This document shows positions 38,950-51,719 of a stretch of 64,000 nucleotides of DNA, in pieces; within the stretch, counting starts at the first letter, position 1; each line of letters begins with the position of its first letter. The DNA lies in contig NC_086100.1 of NCBI RefSeq assembly GCF_963921235.1, forward strand, positions 152,520,001-152,584,000, written 5' to 3'. The notes under the pieces are model-generated. The model searched no databases. It was given only the letters and a program-made list of their open reading frames with translations, and had not been told where the DNA came from. Source of the DNA: Mobula hypostoma (Eukaryota). A program made the translations under genes and the position numbers.

Positions 38950-41850
38950 TTGGGAATATTAATGCAAGATTCCCTCAAAGTTAACTTGCAGGTTGAGTTG
39001 GCAGTAATGAAGGTAAATGCAACATTAACATTCATTTTGAGAAGACTAAAATATAAAAGCAAGGATATAATGCCAAAACTTTACAAGGTATTAGTTAGAC
39101 CACATTTGGAGTATTGTGAAGAGTTTTGGGTCCCATAACTAAGAAAGGGTGTGCTGGCATTGGAGACAGTCCAGAGAAGATTTATGAGAATGATCTCAGA
39201 AATGAAAGAGTTAATGTAGGAGGAGCGTTTGATGGCTAAAGTCCTGTACTTACTGTAGTTTAGACGAATGAGGGGTCTTTTTTCATTGAATCCTACTGAA
39301 TATTGAAAGGCCTAGAATGAGTGAATGTAGAGAGAATATTTCCAATAGTGCACTTTGGAAGGACAAACTCCAAGGCAGAGTACAAAGTAAATGGCAGGAT
39401 CCTTGGTAGTGTGGAGGAGCAGAGGAATCTGGGGGTACATGTCCACAGATTCCTGAAAGTTGCCTCACAAGTAGATAGGGTAGTTAAGATCACAAGACAA
39501 AGGAGCAGTAGTAGGCCATTTGGCCCATCGAGTCTGCTCTGCCACTCCACCATGAGCTAAACTATTCTCCCATCTAGTTCCAATTTCCGGCTTTTCCCCC
39601 ATATCTCTTGATACCCTGACTAATTAGATACCTGTCAATCTCCTCCTTAAACGCCCTCAATGATCGGGCCTCCATAGTTGTATGTGGCAATGAATTCCAT
39701 AAATCCATGACCCTCTGGCTAAAAAAATGTCTCCTCATCTCTGTTTTAAATGGGTACCCTCTAATTTTAAGACTGTGGCTTCTTGTCCTGGACGCACCCA
39801 CCAAGGGAAACAGCCTTTCCACATCTACTCTGTCCAACCCTTTCAACATTCGAAATGTTTCTATGAGATCCCCTCTCATTCTTCTATACTCTAATGAATA
39901 CAGTCCAAGAGCCGACAAACGTTCCTCATATGTTAGACCCTGCATTCCAGGAATCATTCTCTGCATTCTCTGAACTCTCTCCAACATCAGAACATCCTTC
40001 TAAGATAGGGGGCCCAAAACTGCACACAGTATTCTAAATGAGGTCTCACCAGTGCCCCATAGAGCCTCATCAACACCTCCTTACTCTTATACACTATTCC
40101 TCTTGAAATGAATGCCAACATAGCATTCATTTTCCTTACTGCCGATCCAACTTGGTGGTTAACCTTAAGGGTATCCTGCACGAGGACCACCAAGTCCCTT
40201 TGCACTTCCGATTTTTGAATTTTCTCCCCATCTAAATAATAATCTTCTCTATTATTTCTTCTTCCAAAATGTACAACCGTACATTTCTCAACATTGTATC
40301 TCATCTGCCATTTCTTTGCCCACTCTTCTAAACTGACCATGTCTCTCTGCAACCTTTCCATTTCTTCAACACTTCCTGCTCCTCCACCTATCTTGGTGTC
40401 ATCTGCAAACATAGCCACAAAACCATTTAATCCATAATCTAAATCATCGATATACATTGTAAAAAGAACACCGACCCCTGCAGAACGAAAGCTTATGGGG
40501 TGTTAGCTTTCATAAGTCAAGTTCAAGAGTCGCGAGGTAATGATGCAGCTCTATAAAACTCTGGTGAGGCCACACTTGGAGTACTGTGTCCAGTTCTGAT
40601 CGCCTCTCTATAGGAAGGATGTGGAAGCATTGGAAAGGGTACAGAGGAGATTTGCCAGGATGCTGCCTGGTTTAGAGAGTATGGATTATGATCAGAGATT
40701 AAGGGAGCTGGGGCTTTACTTTAGAGAGAAGGAGGATGAGAGGAGACATGATAGAGATATACAAGATATTAAGAGGAATAGATAGAGTGGATAGCCAGCG
40801 CCTCTTCCCCAGGGCACCACTGCTCAATACAAGGGGACGTGGCTTTAAGGTAAGTGGTGGGAAGTTCAAGGGGGATATTAGAGGAAGGTTTTTTACTCAG
40901 AGAGTTGTTAGTGCGTGGAATACACTGCCTGAGTCAGTGGTGGAGGCAGATACACTAGTGAAATTTAAGAGACTACTAGACATGAATATGGAGGAATTTA
41001 AGGTGGGGACTTATATGGGAGGCAGGGTTTGAGGGTCGGCACAACATTGTGAGCCGAAGGGGCTGTACTGTGCTGTACTATTCTATGTTCTATGTAGTGG
41101 GAGAGTTTAGGATGAGAGGGCAGAAGTCAAACCCGAGATTGGTGAGTCCTGAGGTTGAGGCCCGAGTGAGAAAGTCCCATTATTGGTGAACTCTGGGGTC
41201 AATATCCAGAGATTGATGAGGTCCGGAGGACAAACGCAAAAGTCAGAGAGTCTGGAGGTAGAAGCCTGAAGTCGAAGCACTTGTGTCAGCTTGTTTGGAG
41301 GTTGAAGACCTGACACCTGCAAGTCTGAGAGTCCAGTGCCAAGGACTGGAGGCCTGGAGGAAATCTGCCCTGGAACTGGTGGCCTATCAGTGTATGTGAA
41401 TGGGAGGGGGGTGGGAACAGCCTTGCTTTGATGGTTTTTTTTGCTGCTAGTTTAGTTCTGCTGAACATTGTGGCAATGCTGTTTTGGCAGTGGTGACATT
41501 TTCAGTTTGCCCCATCACATCCTGAGGTGTGCTGGTTGTTAACACAAATGAATTTCACTCTATGTTTCAATGTCATGTAACCAAATCCAAATCTGAATCA
41601 CAGCCTCAGAATGTAATGACATCCTTTTACAACAGAGATGAGGAGGGATATCTTTTGCCAGATAGGGTTGAATCTGTGGAATTCATTGCCACAGATGGCT
41701 GTGGAAGCCAGGTCATTGGGGATATTTAAACTGCAGGTTGATAGGTTCTTTAGTGTAAGGGTGTCAAAGATTATGGGGAGAAGGCAGGAGAATTGATCCG
41801 AGTGGCCAAATGGCCTAATTCTGCTCCTATGTCTCATGCTTTTATAGTCT
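38950..41850 (+). mobile_element. Nested stack: CR1-A (+) containing CR1-B (+, 39351-41094), itself containing CR1-C (-, 39490-40486), plus a separate insert 41123-41597
   Basis: Reading frames resume across each junction; TAGTG duplication at 39346-50 and 41095-99. Confidence 0.85.
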
Positions 41851-42557
41851 TTCACCAGCCTTTGAGGGAAGTTCTAAAGAACTTGTGAGAGAAAAAAAAA
41901 TTAATTCATCCCCATCTTAAATGGATGTCCCTCGAATTCGAAATGGTGATTGCTAGTTCTAATTTCTCTCTCAAAAGAAGGTATCCACTTTGTCAAGACC
42001 TTGCAAGATCTTGTGACTTTATATGGTATATAATATGGCATATTATGACATTTTTTTGTCATTAGTTGATTTAATAGTTAATAAAACACTTTTTAAACTT
42101 TCAGGTAATTGTATTGGTATCATTTTTAGGTGTCATTGACTGTGATGCTTGAACTTTGAAATACAAGTTTTTACATTGAAACCAGTGGAATCATCTCTTT
42201 GATAACAAATTTCCACTTTAACTGAAACATTTTCACAGAAAATAACTACTTAAATTGAGGAACATCCTGATAATGCATTCCTCTGCTTCAAATGTAGAGA
42301 TTAGGTGGTTATTATTAAAACCTAATTTCAAATGTGGAGCACAATGTATAGCTAAAATTTGCACAATCTACTGAGGACAGATTTTTACCATTGTTCCTTC
42401 ATCCATTCCTCCCTGTAAGTAGCTTCGATCCAATGCTGCCCAAATCCACAGTCTAGCTAACAGCAGGAGTTCCCTGTCCAGAGAATTACAGGTGAAGTAC
42501 TGTTTTAATACATCACTGGGCAACCATTTTTAACACATCTCATCTGTTTTCTTCCAG

Positions 42558-42658
42558 ACATTGAACATATTCCAGAACTTGAACAGGAGGCAGTATGAAC
42601 ATGTCCTGCGCCTGATGGACATTGCTATTATTGCTACAGACTTGGCTCTCTATTTTAA
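42558..42658 (+). CDS. PDE6A: PDE6A exon 16 (101 bp)
   Basis: ccag|ACA...AA|gtaagg; [34 protein letters not shown]. Confidence 0.96.
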
Positions 42659-42939
42659 GTAAGGGACAGTAAGTTTCCCATTTTGAGAAACAACTTTGTT
42701 GTTCATCCAGCGTATATATTGTAGAAAGAGAAATAAGGCTCAGCAGTGTCTGACCCCGAGAACTGATCTTAGTCACAACGATTTAGGATAAAGAGATTTT
42801 TAAAAAATGCATTGTGACATAGTTTAAATTCTTCATTTCAACTACAAAAGGTTTGTAGGATGGGGAAGCTGGTGGACTCCATTTTGGTAGCTGATGACCA
42901 CATCTGCTGCCAGTGTTCATTGCTTGAGGAAGTCAGCAA

Positions 42940-44410
42940 GCCGGAATATGAGCTTCAGACACTGTGATGGTTCAGAGAGGGGGAGAGTTACTGGGCACTG
43001 ACTTTCGAGAGGCAGTCAAATCCACTAGAGTGAGTGCTGGAGGAGCCTCAGCCCTTGAGGTTGCATGACAAGGTTGATGCTCCCTATGAGGATGAGAGTG
43101 GAGGTTGAACAACTGAACTATGGCACTGTCATTCAGAGAGCCATTCACGAGAGGGGAGAGAAGGGAAATGTAGCTGCAACTGGGAACAGTATTGTCAAGA
43201 GAATAGACAAAGTCCCTTAATGCACAGATCAAGAGTCCTGAAGGTTGTCTGCCTAGTACCTGGGTTTGGTATATCTTAGGAGTTTGGAGCGGGAGAGGAA
43301 ATAACCAGCTGTCATGGTCCACGTAGTTCCCAACAACATAGGAAGAACAAGGAAAGAAGTTCTCCTGAGAGAATTTGAGCAGCTAGGGATTAACTTAAAA
43401 CGCAGAACCAAAAAGGTAATAATCTCTGGATTGTTACCTGAGCCACATGAAAATTGGAACAAGGTTAATATGATTGTAGAGAGTTAAATGCTTGACTCAA
43501 AGATCGGTGAGAGAGAAGTAGGTTTGAATTCATGGGACATTGTCACTGGTATCAGAGAAGGAGGGAGTGTTCCAATGGGACAGGCTCCACCTAAACTATG
43601 CTGAGACCAGGGGGGTCCTGGCAAATTGTACAATGAAGGTTGTGGATAGAGCTTTCAACTAAATAATAGGGGTACAGGTTCAATTACTTGGAAAAGAATG
43701 AATAATGTGAAAGGGAAGTAGAGTGCAGGAGAGTTTGTGAAATTGTCCAGAGTAAATTACAAGACAAAACATTTAGAAAGGGGTAAGAATTTAACTTCAG
43801 GCAACTTGGAGAGAAAATTGAAAAGGCTGGCAAATACAGGACTAAAGGTGTTTGAATGCACACAACATATGAAAAAAGGTAGAAATTGACAGGTATGATG
43901 TGGGCATCACAGAGTCGTGATTGAAAGAAGAACACAGCTGGGAACTTAACACACAGTGTTGAAAGGACAGACCGGTGGGTAGAGGGGACGGGGTGGCTTT
44001 GTCAGCAAAAATTAGTGGGAAGCTAGAGGACTGGGAAGTTTAAACAAAAACAATGGAACATAACTGAAAAAAAAAGTTAGCAGAGAAATGATGAAATATG
44101 ATGGTAAGCTAGTCAATAATATAGAAGAGGATACCAAAAGTTGTTTCAGATATGTAAAGAACAAAAGAGAGCCAAGAGTGGACATTGGACTGCTGGAAAA
44201 TGATGCAGGAAAGGTAGTAATGAGGAACAGGAAATGGTGGATGAACTGAATAAGTATTTTGAGTCAGTCTTCACTATGGAAGACACCAGCAGTATGACAC
44301 AAGTTGAAAGGATGTCAAGGAGAACTGACGGTAGACAAGTCAGCTGGACCAGATCATCTACACCCAAGCTTTCTGAAAGAGGTAGCTGAAGATATCGTGG
44401 AGGCATAAAA
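42940..44410 (+). mobile_element. Degenerate CR1 ORF1 (esterase-like) and ORF2 fragments
   Basis: VIISGLLP-type ORF1 remnant; EMVDELNKYFESVFT ORF2 remnant. Confidence 0.7.
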
Positions 44411-44432
44411 GACATTAGTATTGATCTTCAAG

Positions 44433-44487
44433 GGGTGGGTGGGTGGGTGCGTGCGTGCGTGCGTGTGTGTGTGTGTGCGCGCGCGCA
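44433..44487 (+). repeat. Compound microsatellite (GGGT)n(GCGT)n(GT)n(GC)n
   Basis: Directly visible. Confidence 0.9.
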
Positions 44488-45589
44488 TACATGAGTATTT
44501 GCATGTGTGTCAGTGAGTTTTAGAATGTAGAACAGTATGGTGCAGTACAGGTCCTTTTGTCCACAATGTTGTGCCAACCCTCTTAACTTACTTTAAGATT
44601 AATCTAGCCCTTCCCTCTTGCATGTGCTTATCTAAGAGTTTCTTAAATGCCCCTATTTCTTGGTTCTAAATCTTGGTTTTACCAAGAAACTTTTTGCTGC
44701 CTGAAGCTCTCATTTGGTGCTAATGCCAGATAAGGTCTCTCATGAAGCATCATGAAGTTTCCCAAAAAAGTCATTTAAAACACCATCCGGGTGAATTCCA
44801 CCCTAAGATCTGCACTGTCACAAGGTTTATACACTTTCTCTTTGGATGAGGTTCAAACGAATGTGACTGCTGATTACTTGCTGAGCAGCAAATATAAAGA
44901 AACATCGGCCTCTAAAAGCAAGCTCTCTGTGGCAGTGAGGCAACAGCATAACATACCATGGCAACCAACGAAGGGACAAAGGCTGCACGGAAGAAGAGTT
45001 CCCAGAACATTTCCCAGAAATGAAATACATGCCATGAGCACTGGATGGAGCTGGTGCTGGAAAACTGCCTGAGCTGCTGTTAGCAGGGCTTGGCAGGAGT
45101 TGGCTTGTCTCCTCCAAGTCCATGGAGCAATGAGTTTTAATGGCCTCACAAGTTAGTATGTCCAGGTGAGCTGCGCACACCATTGAAAATACTGGTCTCT
45201 TATAGACACGTACACTGTGGTCGCAATGAGAGTTCCTGAATACTGGAGTAATATTGGAACAAAATTCATGACTTGGCAAGATATATCAAGGTAGGCTATA
45301 GAGAAATAGAAAATAAAACTCTTCAATGCTGACATTTTTAAACACACACACACTCACATGCACATAAACTTACTCCATTCACACCTCCAACACACTTTCC
45401 CTCCTCTATACCAGCTTTCCACCGTCATTCCACTATAAACATTTTATATCCTCTATCTACAATATGGGCTGGAACCTTCAAAGGGTGAACATGAAAAGAT
45501 TACTTAATGTCCTTCAACTCCACCCTTTAGGCTATGACAGCAATGAATAGATGAGAAGCTACCTGTACAGGGACCTCAGTGAATTTAGT

Positions 45590-46245
45590 AGTTTGACAGG
45601 TTAGAGGAGACCACCCTGCTCCTCAAGATTAAAGGGAACAAGGCTACCTAAAAACTTTACAAGCAAAGACTATATGTGAATTATCAGGCAAGGTGAAATA
45701 GCATCAGTGAAGAATTATTGCAGGTGATTCCAGTACAGAACAATTAGATCTGAGAATGCAGACCTGTTCATCACCAGACGAAGAAAAGAACTGAAAACAT
45801 TACTGCTGACTTCATCCACCCTAGCTGTCACCTATTCACCAAATTGCCATCAGGGAGACACCATCACCACCAGGACCCCAAGTCTTCTCCAAAGCATCTT
45901 TCCTGTAGCTATCCAGCTTCTCAACAAAACTCACTCAGGTGTAATACTCTTAACTGTCCCCCGCACAACATCTGTTAAATGGTTTTCCTGCTCTCCTTGT
46001 TGATAATTTTTGACTCTGTTCATATGATCACATTTATTTAAGTTGATGACTGATGTTTGTGCATGTGACTGCTCTGCTAATTATTGATTGCTCATATCTG
46101 TTGGCACTATTGTCTGATAAATTTTTTGTTGCTATTGTGTTGTCTGTGATGGAATTATCCTATGTTCTACGCTTGGCACCGCACAACAATCACTTCTGGT
46201 ATGTTTCACATACTGTTAATAAAGTGATTCTGAATCTGATTCTGA
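45590..46245 (+). mobile_element. Old Rex1-like LINE 3' fragment
   Basis: ttgccatcagggagac and SIFPVAIQLLN remnants; AATAAA followed by (TCTGA[A/T])n tail. Confidence 0.6.
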
Positions 46246-47204
46246 TGATAATGCTCTGTGCTGAGTGAAAAGCTGTGCTCTACCATTGACATACCATATT
46301 GTTTATCTTGAAACGGTTGGTTGATACATTGCTTTAAAATGAAATTCAATTCTTCACTTCAAGTCTAGTGAGTGATTTTTCATTATTTAATGGTTATGGA
46401 TTTTATTGGCTTCAAATGTAGGGCAATATGATATATGTGTTATCAAGTGCATTACTCTCAGCTGGAGTAACTGTAATGCTGACCTGCTGTTCTTGATACA
46501 AAAGGCTTACACAGTTCATACCTACACAGTGGTTCTGCTTTGAGGAAAGGATATCTTGTATTGAGGTCAGATTTCTTTAGACCAGGTATGACTCATCAGC
46601 AGACAGAGATTCAATGGAAACCAGTTTAAGTTATTAGATCAGGAAATCTTTCATGACGATTTATAAGCAGTACGAAGGATGAAACAAAAGACGACATGAA
46701 TGATTATTCAACTGGATTCTGCTGGCTGTCTATTTGTAAATGATGCTGGTGCTAAGTACTGTAATGTAGAGTGGACTGCAGTGAGGGCACTCATTCAGCA
46801 AGCTATGAAAAGTGTCCGTCTGTGAGAGAATCCCTATTCTGACAATGCATCTCTCTTCCAATCTGATGGGAGTCCAGATGGTTGCTTTTGGCTCTACCTG
46901 CGATCTCTACAGACTTCGGTCTGCACTAGTTGTTGTTTTTGCTTGTCTAGGGTGTGTAGGACACCACAATAAAGTCTTTGCACTTGACTAGCATTTATTG
47001 TAGGGAACCTCTGAACTGAACAAGTACTGAACCTTATTTCAAAATCAGAGTTGATTGTTATACATAGGTGCAATGAAAAACTTACTTGCAATGGTGGGTA
47101 ACAGCACACAACTTTCGCAAGAAAAACATAAATTATGCATAAATTATACATGATTTTTACAAGAAAGAATATAAATAGAACAAAAGAAAATAATTTGTTG
47201 TGCA

Positions 47205-48670
47205 AGTGGTCAAAATTGCAAATATCACTCTACTCTTCAAGAAGGAAGAGATGCAGAAGAAAGGAAACTATAGGCCACTCTGACCTCAGTGATTGGGAAA
47301 ATTTTGGTTGATTATTAAGGATGAGTTCTCAGGGTACATGGAGGTACATGATAAAATAGGCTGTAGTCTGTATGGTTTCCACAAGGAAAAATCTTGCCTG
47401 ACAAATCTTCAGAAATTTTTTGAAGAAGTCACAAGCAGGATAGGCAAAGGAAAATCGGTTGATGTTATGTACTTGGACTTTCAGAAGGTCTTTGACAAGG
47501 TGCCATACATGAGGCTGTTTAATGAGCTAAGAGCCCACGATATTTCAGGAAAGATTTTGGCATGGATAAAGTAGTGGCTAATAGGCAGGAGGCAAAGATT
47601 GGGAGTAGTGGGAATAAAGGGACCCTTTTCTGACTGGCTGCCAGGACTAGTGGTGTTCCACAGGGGTCTGTGTTGAGACCGATTTCTTTTATGTTATATG
47701 TCAATGATTTGGATGATGGAATTGATGGCTTTGGTGCAAGGTTTGCAGATGATATGAAGATAGGAAGAGGAACAGGTAGTTTTGAGGAAGTAGAGAAGCT
47801 ACAGAAGGATGTGTACAGTTTAGAAGAATGGGAAAAGAAATGGCAGATGGAATACAGTGTCGGGAAGTGTATGGCCATGCACTTTGATAGATGAAAGAAA
47901 GGGCTGACTATTTTCTAGATGGAGAGAAAATACAAAAAACTCAGATGCAAAGGGACTAGGGAGTCCTGCTGCATGATTCCTTAAAGGTTAATTTGCAGGT
48001 TGAGTCTGTGCTGAGGAAGGCAAATGAAATGTTAGCATTCATTTCAAGGGGACTAGAATATAAAAGCAAGGATATAATGTTGAAACTATATAAAGCACTG
48101 GTGAGGCCTCACTTAAGAGTATTGTGAGCAGGGTTAAGCCCTTTATCTTAGAAAGGATGTGTTGAAACTGGAGAGGGTTCAAAGGAGGTTCATGAAAATA
48201 ATTCCAGGATTAAATGGCTTGTCATATGAAGAGTGTTTGATGGCTCAGGGCCTGTATTCACTAGAGTTCAGAAGAATGAGGGGTGACTGCATGGAAACCT
48301 ATCAAATGGTGAAAGGCCTTGATAGAGTGGATATAGAGAGGTTGTTTCCCGTGGGAGAGTCTAAGACCAAGAGGACACAGCCTCAGAATAGTAGGCATCC
48401 TTTTAGAACAGAGATGAGGAGGAATTTCTTTAGCCAGAGAGAGGCGAATCTGTGGAATTCTTTGCAACAGGCAGCTGTGGAGGCCAAATCTTTATGTATA
48501 TTTTAGGCAGAGGTTGATAGATTCTTGATTGGTCAGGGCATGACAGGATACAGGGAGAAGGCAGGAGATTGGGGCTGAGAGGAAGATTGAATCAGCTATG
48601 ATAAAATGGTGGCGCAGACTCAATGGGTCAAATGGCCTAAGTCTGCTCCTACATCTTATGGTCTTATGGT
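47205..48670 (+). mobile_element. CR1 LINE (RT region) inserted in a reverse Rex1-like element (47030-49170)
   Basis: YLDFQKVFDKVP, RFADDMK, CR1 tail tcttatggtcttatggt. Confidence 0.85.
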
Positions 48671-49279
48671 CATGCTGTTGCTATACTGAGGTGGTGATTA
48701 GGGTGTGCAGGTTGTTTCAAAGGCTGAATGGTTGAATGGGGTAGCTTTTCTTGAACCTGGTAGTATGGGACTTCAGGCTACTGTACCTTCTGCTGAGTGG
48801 TAGCTACGAGTAAATGGCATGGCCTGGATGGTGGAAATCTTTGATAATAGTTGCTGCCTTCTTGAGGCCGTGCCTCATGTAGATACTATTGACGTGGGAT
48901 GGGATGAGTCAGTGATATGTTGGGCTGAGGCAAGTTTTATCTGCGGCTTCTAAAGTTCCCGTGCATTCACATTGCTGTAACAAACTATGAAGCAAAAAAT
49001 CAGGATACTTCAAGTATCTTTGCTAGAGTATTCAGTGTCATGTCAAACTCCTAAACCTTCTAAGAAAGTGCACCTTTCTTGTGATTGCATCTATATACTG
49101 AGCATAGATCAGGTCATCTGATATGTTAACAACCAGGAATTTAAAACCGTGGACTCCCTGCACTGCTGATCCACTGGTGTAGCCCGATGTACACTTGCAT
49201 TTTTAGAAGACCAATGATATTTTAAACATACTGGAACCTTCTTATCTCACATTGTGGCATCGTTCAGATTCATAGTCTT

Positions 49280-49612
49280 GGATAGTAATAGCATGGAAAT
49301 AGGCTCTTCAGCCCATTGAGTCTGTACTCACCATCAACACCCTTCTTACATTAAGCCTACAATAATTACCTTATTCGCCCCACATTCTCAACAATTCCTC
49401 CCGCATTCTACCTGCTCCCACACACTGTGGGAAATTTACAGTGGGTGATTACCCTACCTATCTACATGGCTTTTGGATATGGGAGAAAGTTGGAGCACCT
49501 GGTGGAGACTCATGCAGTCACATGGAGAATTTGCAAATTCCACATAGACAGAGGTTGAGATCGAGCCCCGGTCTCTGTTGTTGCGGGTCAACTGCTTTAC
49601 CAGCTGTGCTGC
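49280..49612 (-). mobile_element. V-SINE-like element
   Basis: ttttggatatgggagaaag...gcaaattccacatagacag reverse V-domain. Confidence 0.65.
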
Positions 49613-50666
49613 CCGGAAGGAGCAGTGTACACTAGTGTTTGGAGTGTGGTCCGTAACCTCCAGAAGCCATCCGTCTGGCAGTGCCAGCCACTAAATATGT
49701 CTGCTAGTTTGGTCCTTCTGTGGTTGAAGATGTCATTGTGCTTCCCAGAAGATCTAGTTTCTTACGTGGCTTTTGTGTGCGCCTGAGTGGAAAATCATGA
49801 TGCCCCAAGCACCACTTCATTCTCGCTGAAATGATAGAAAATGAGATAATTTCTCTATGAAAACAATGCCCGGGTGACTTTGCTGAAGTAGGATGTTAAT
49901 TAAAATGGGATGCACAACAAATATCTGCGCCGGCTGCTTGGAAAGTTCTTAGGTGAGGAAATTCAAAATCCATGTGACTTCGATATTGAGGAAGTGTGCA
50001 ATCCAGGCATGAGAAAATGTACTGAAGGTCTCTCTGCATATGTTAGTGATGACATATGCATTCACACTCATTCCATATCACCATATCAAAACATTGGACA
50101 CATTATTAAATGTATGGGGTGGCCTTCATAGATAAAGCTTCTGGTCTAGATAATGACAGTTCCAAGTGTTTTTACTGCAATGATGCTGCCGTTTCCCTTT
50201 CACCCTTCACACATTTCTCCACTTACCATACAAGTAAAACTCAACCTGGGCAGAATTGTGCTGCTTGTGTTTGCTAACAGCTGGTTCAAGCAGTATTCTA
50301 AATATTGCTTGGTTTACAGAAAGCATGGAAGTTGCCTCATCTGCTGGATGGGATATGTTTTTAAGCCCTAAATCCATCAGGCAGTTTAACACATAAATTT
50401 ACCCCTGGAAATCCAGGTCCTTTCTGAGTCCATTTTGTTTAAGTTTGGCATTTTAAAATTATTTTTAAAATAGGTTTAGATTTATTGTCAGCTTTTGTTT
50501 ACAGTTTACCAGAGCTTTCCAAAGCAACTATGATGCAGAAAACAAAAGTTTGTGTCACAAAATAGAGCCCGTTCCATTGAGTTCTGATCTATATCAGGAA
50601 GGGAAGAAATGGACCATTCTGGAAAGGTACATCTTTTATAGGATTTAATTGCTTCTATTCTTGCAG

Positions 50667-50774
50667 AAAAAGAACCATGTTTCAAAAAATTGTTGACCTC
50701 TGCGGGACTTATGAGGATGAAAAGGCATGGGTAGAATATATGTCTCTGGAGAACACCAAGAAAGAGATTGTAAT
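50667..50774 (+). CDS. PDE6A: PDE6A exon 17 (108 bp)
   Basis: gcag|AAAA...AT|gtaagt; [36 protein letters not shown]. Confidence 0.95.
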
Positions 50775-50789
50775 GTAAGTATAAGGCTC

Positions 50790-51490
50790 AAGGTTCAAAG
50801 TTCAAAGTACATTTATTATCAAAGTATCTATACATTATACAACCTAGAAATTCATCTCCTAAAAGGCAGCTACGAAACGAAGAAACCCAAAAGAACCCAT
50901 TTTTAAAAAAAGAACGTCAAACACCTGATGTACAGAGAGAGAAAAAACAAATCATGCAAACAATAAACACAAGCAAATGGTGTTCTGAACTGAAGTCCGC
51001 AAAGAGAATCCAAACCCAGACCCCTAGTTGGAGTGCAGGGCAGAGCAGCGAGCTGAATCAGCCCGTCCCTCACCTCGGGCCCCGACAGCCCGACTTTTCT
51101 GATTCGGTCCGGCACTTAAATTGTCATCCAGACATCAGTTTCTGTCACTTCACTATGCTGTGGAGCCTGGACCCCACCACCTTGATTCGGCTTGTTTCCG
51201 ACATTTCCAATTTGGCCTGGCCTTAAATCGTCGTCCAGACATTGGGTTCAGTCACTTTGATGTGCCCTGTAGCATGGACCCCACTGCCTCAATTTGGCCT
51301 GTACCTGACCTTTTCAATTAGGCACGGCACTTAAATCATCATCTAAACATCGGGTTCTGCGGCTCTGAAGCCTGGATCCAGGCACTTAAATCGATCACAC
51401 CTCAGGTCTGAGAGTGAGGGCCTGCTGTCTTGCTTTGCCTCGGTTCTGCCACGTCAAATTGCATCCAAGTCCAAAGGGAAGTTACAGTCT
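50790..51490 (-). mobile_element. LINE-tailed interspersed repeat with internal ~107-bp tandem units
   Basis: (TTGAACT)n-type tail at 50790; CTTAAAT..TC.TCCAGACAT units at ~51111, 51218, 51326. Confidence 0.6.
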
Positions 51491-51533
51491 TTCAAAGTTA
51501 CAGCTAGGTTATGTTGAAAAACTGTATGAATAA

Positions 51534-51719
<186 letters not shown>

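Noticed and set aside
44827-45279. 150-aa minus ORF as a stand-alone gene
   Set aside because: TTG start, no recognisable domain, and out of frame with the acceptor at 45295; treated as possible 3' part of the candidate antisense transcript
46480-46930. Additional exon in the unique island of intron 16
   Set aside because: Donor-like sites are present, but I found no convincing acceptor and open-frame pair on either strand
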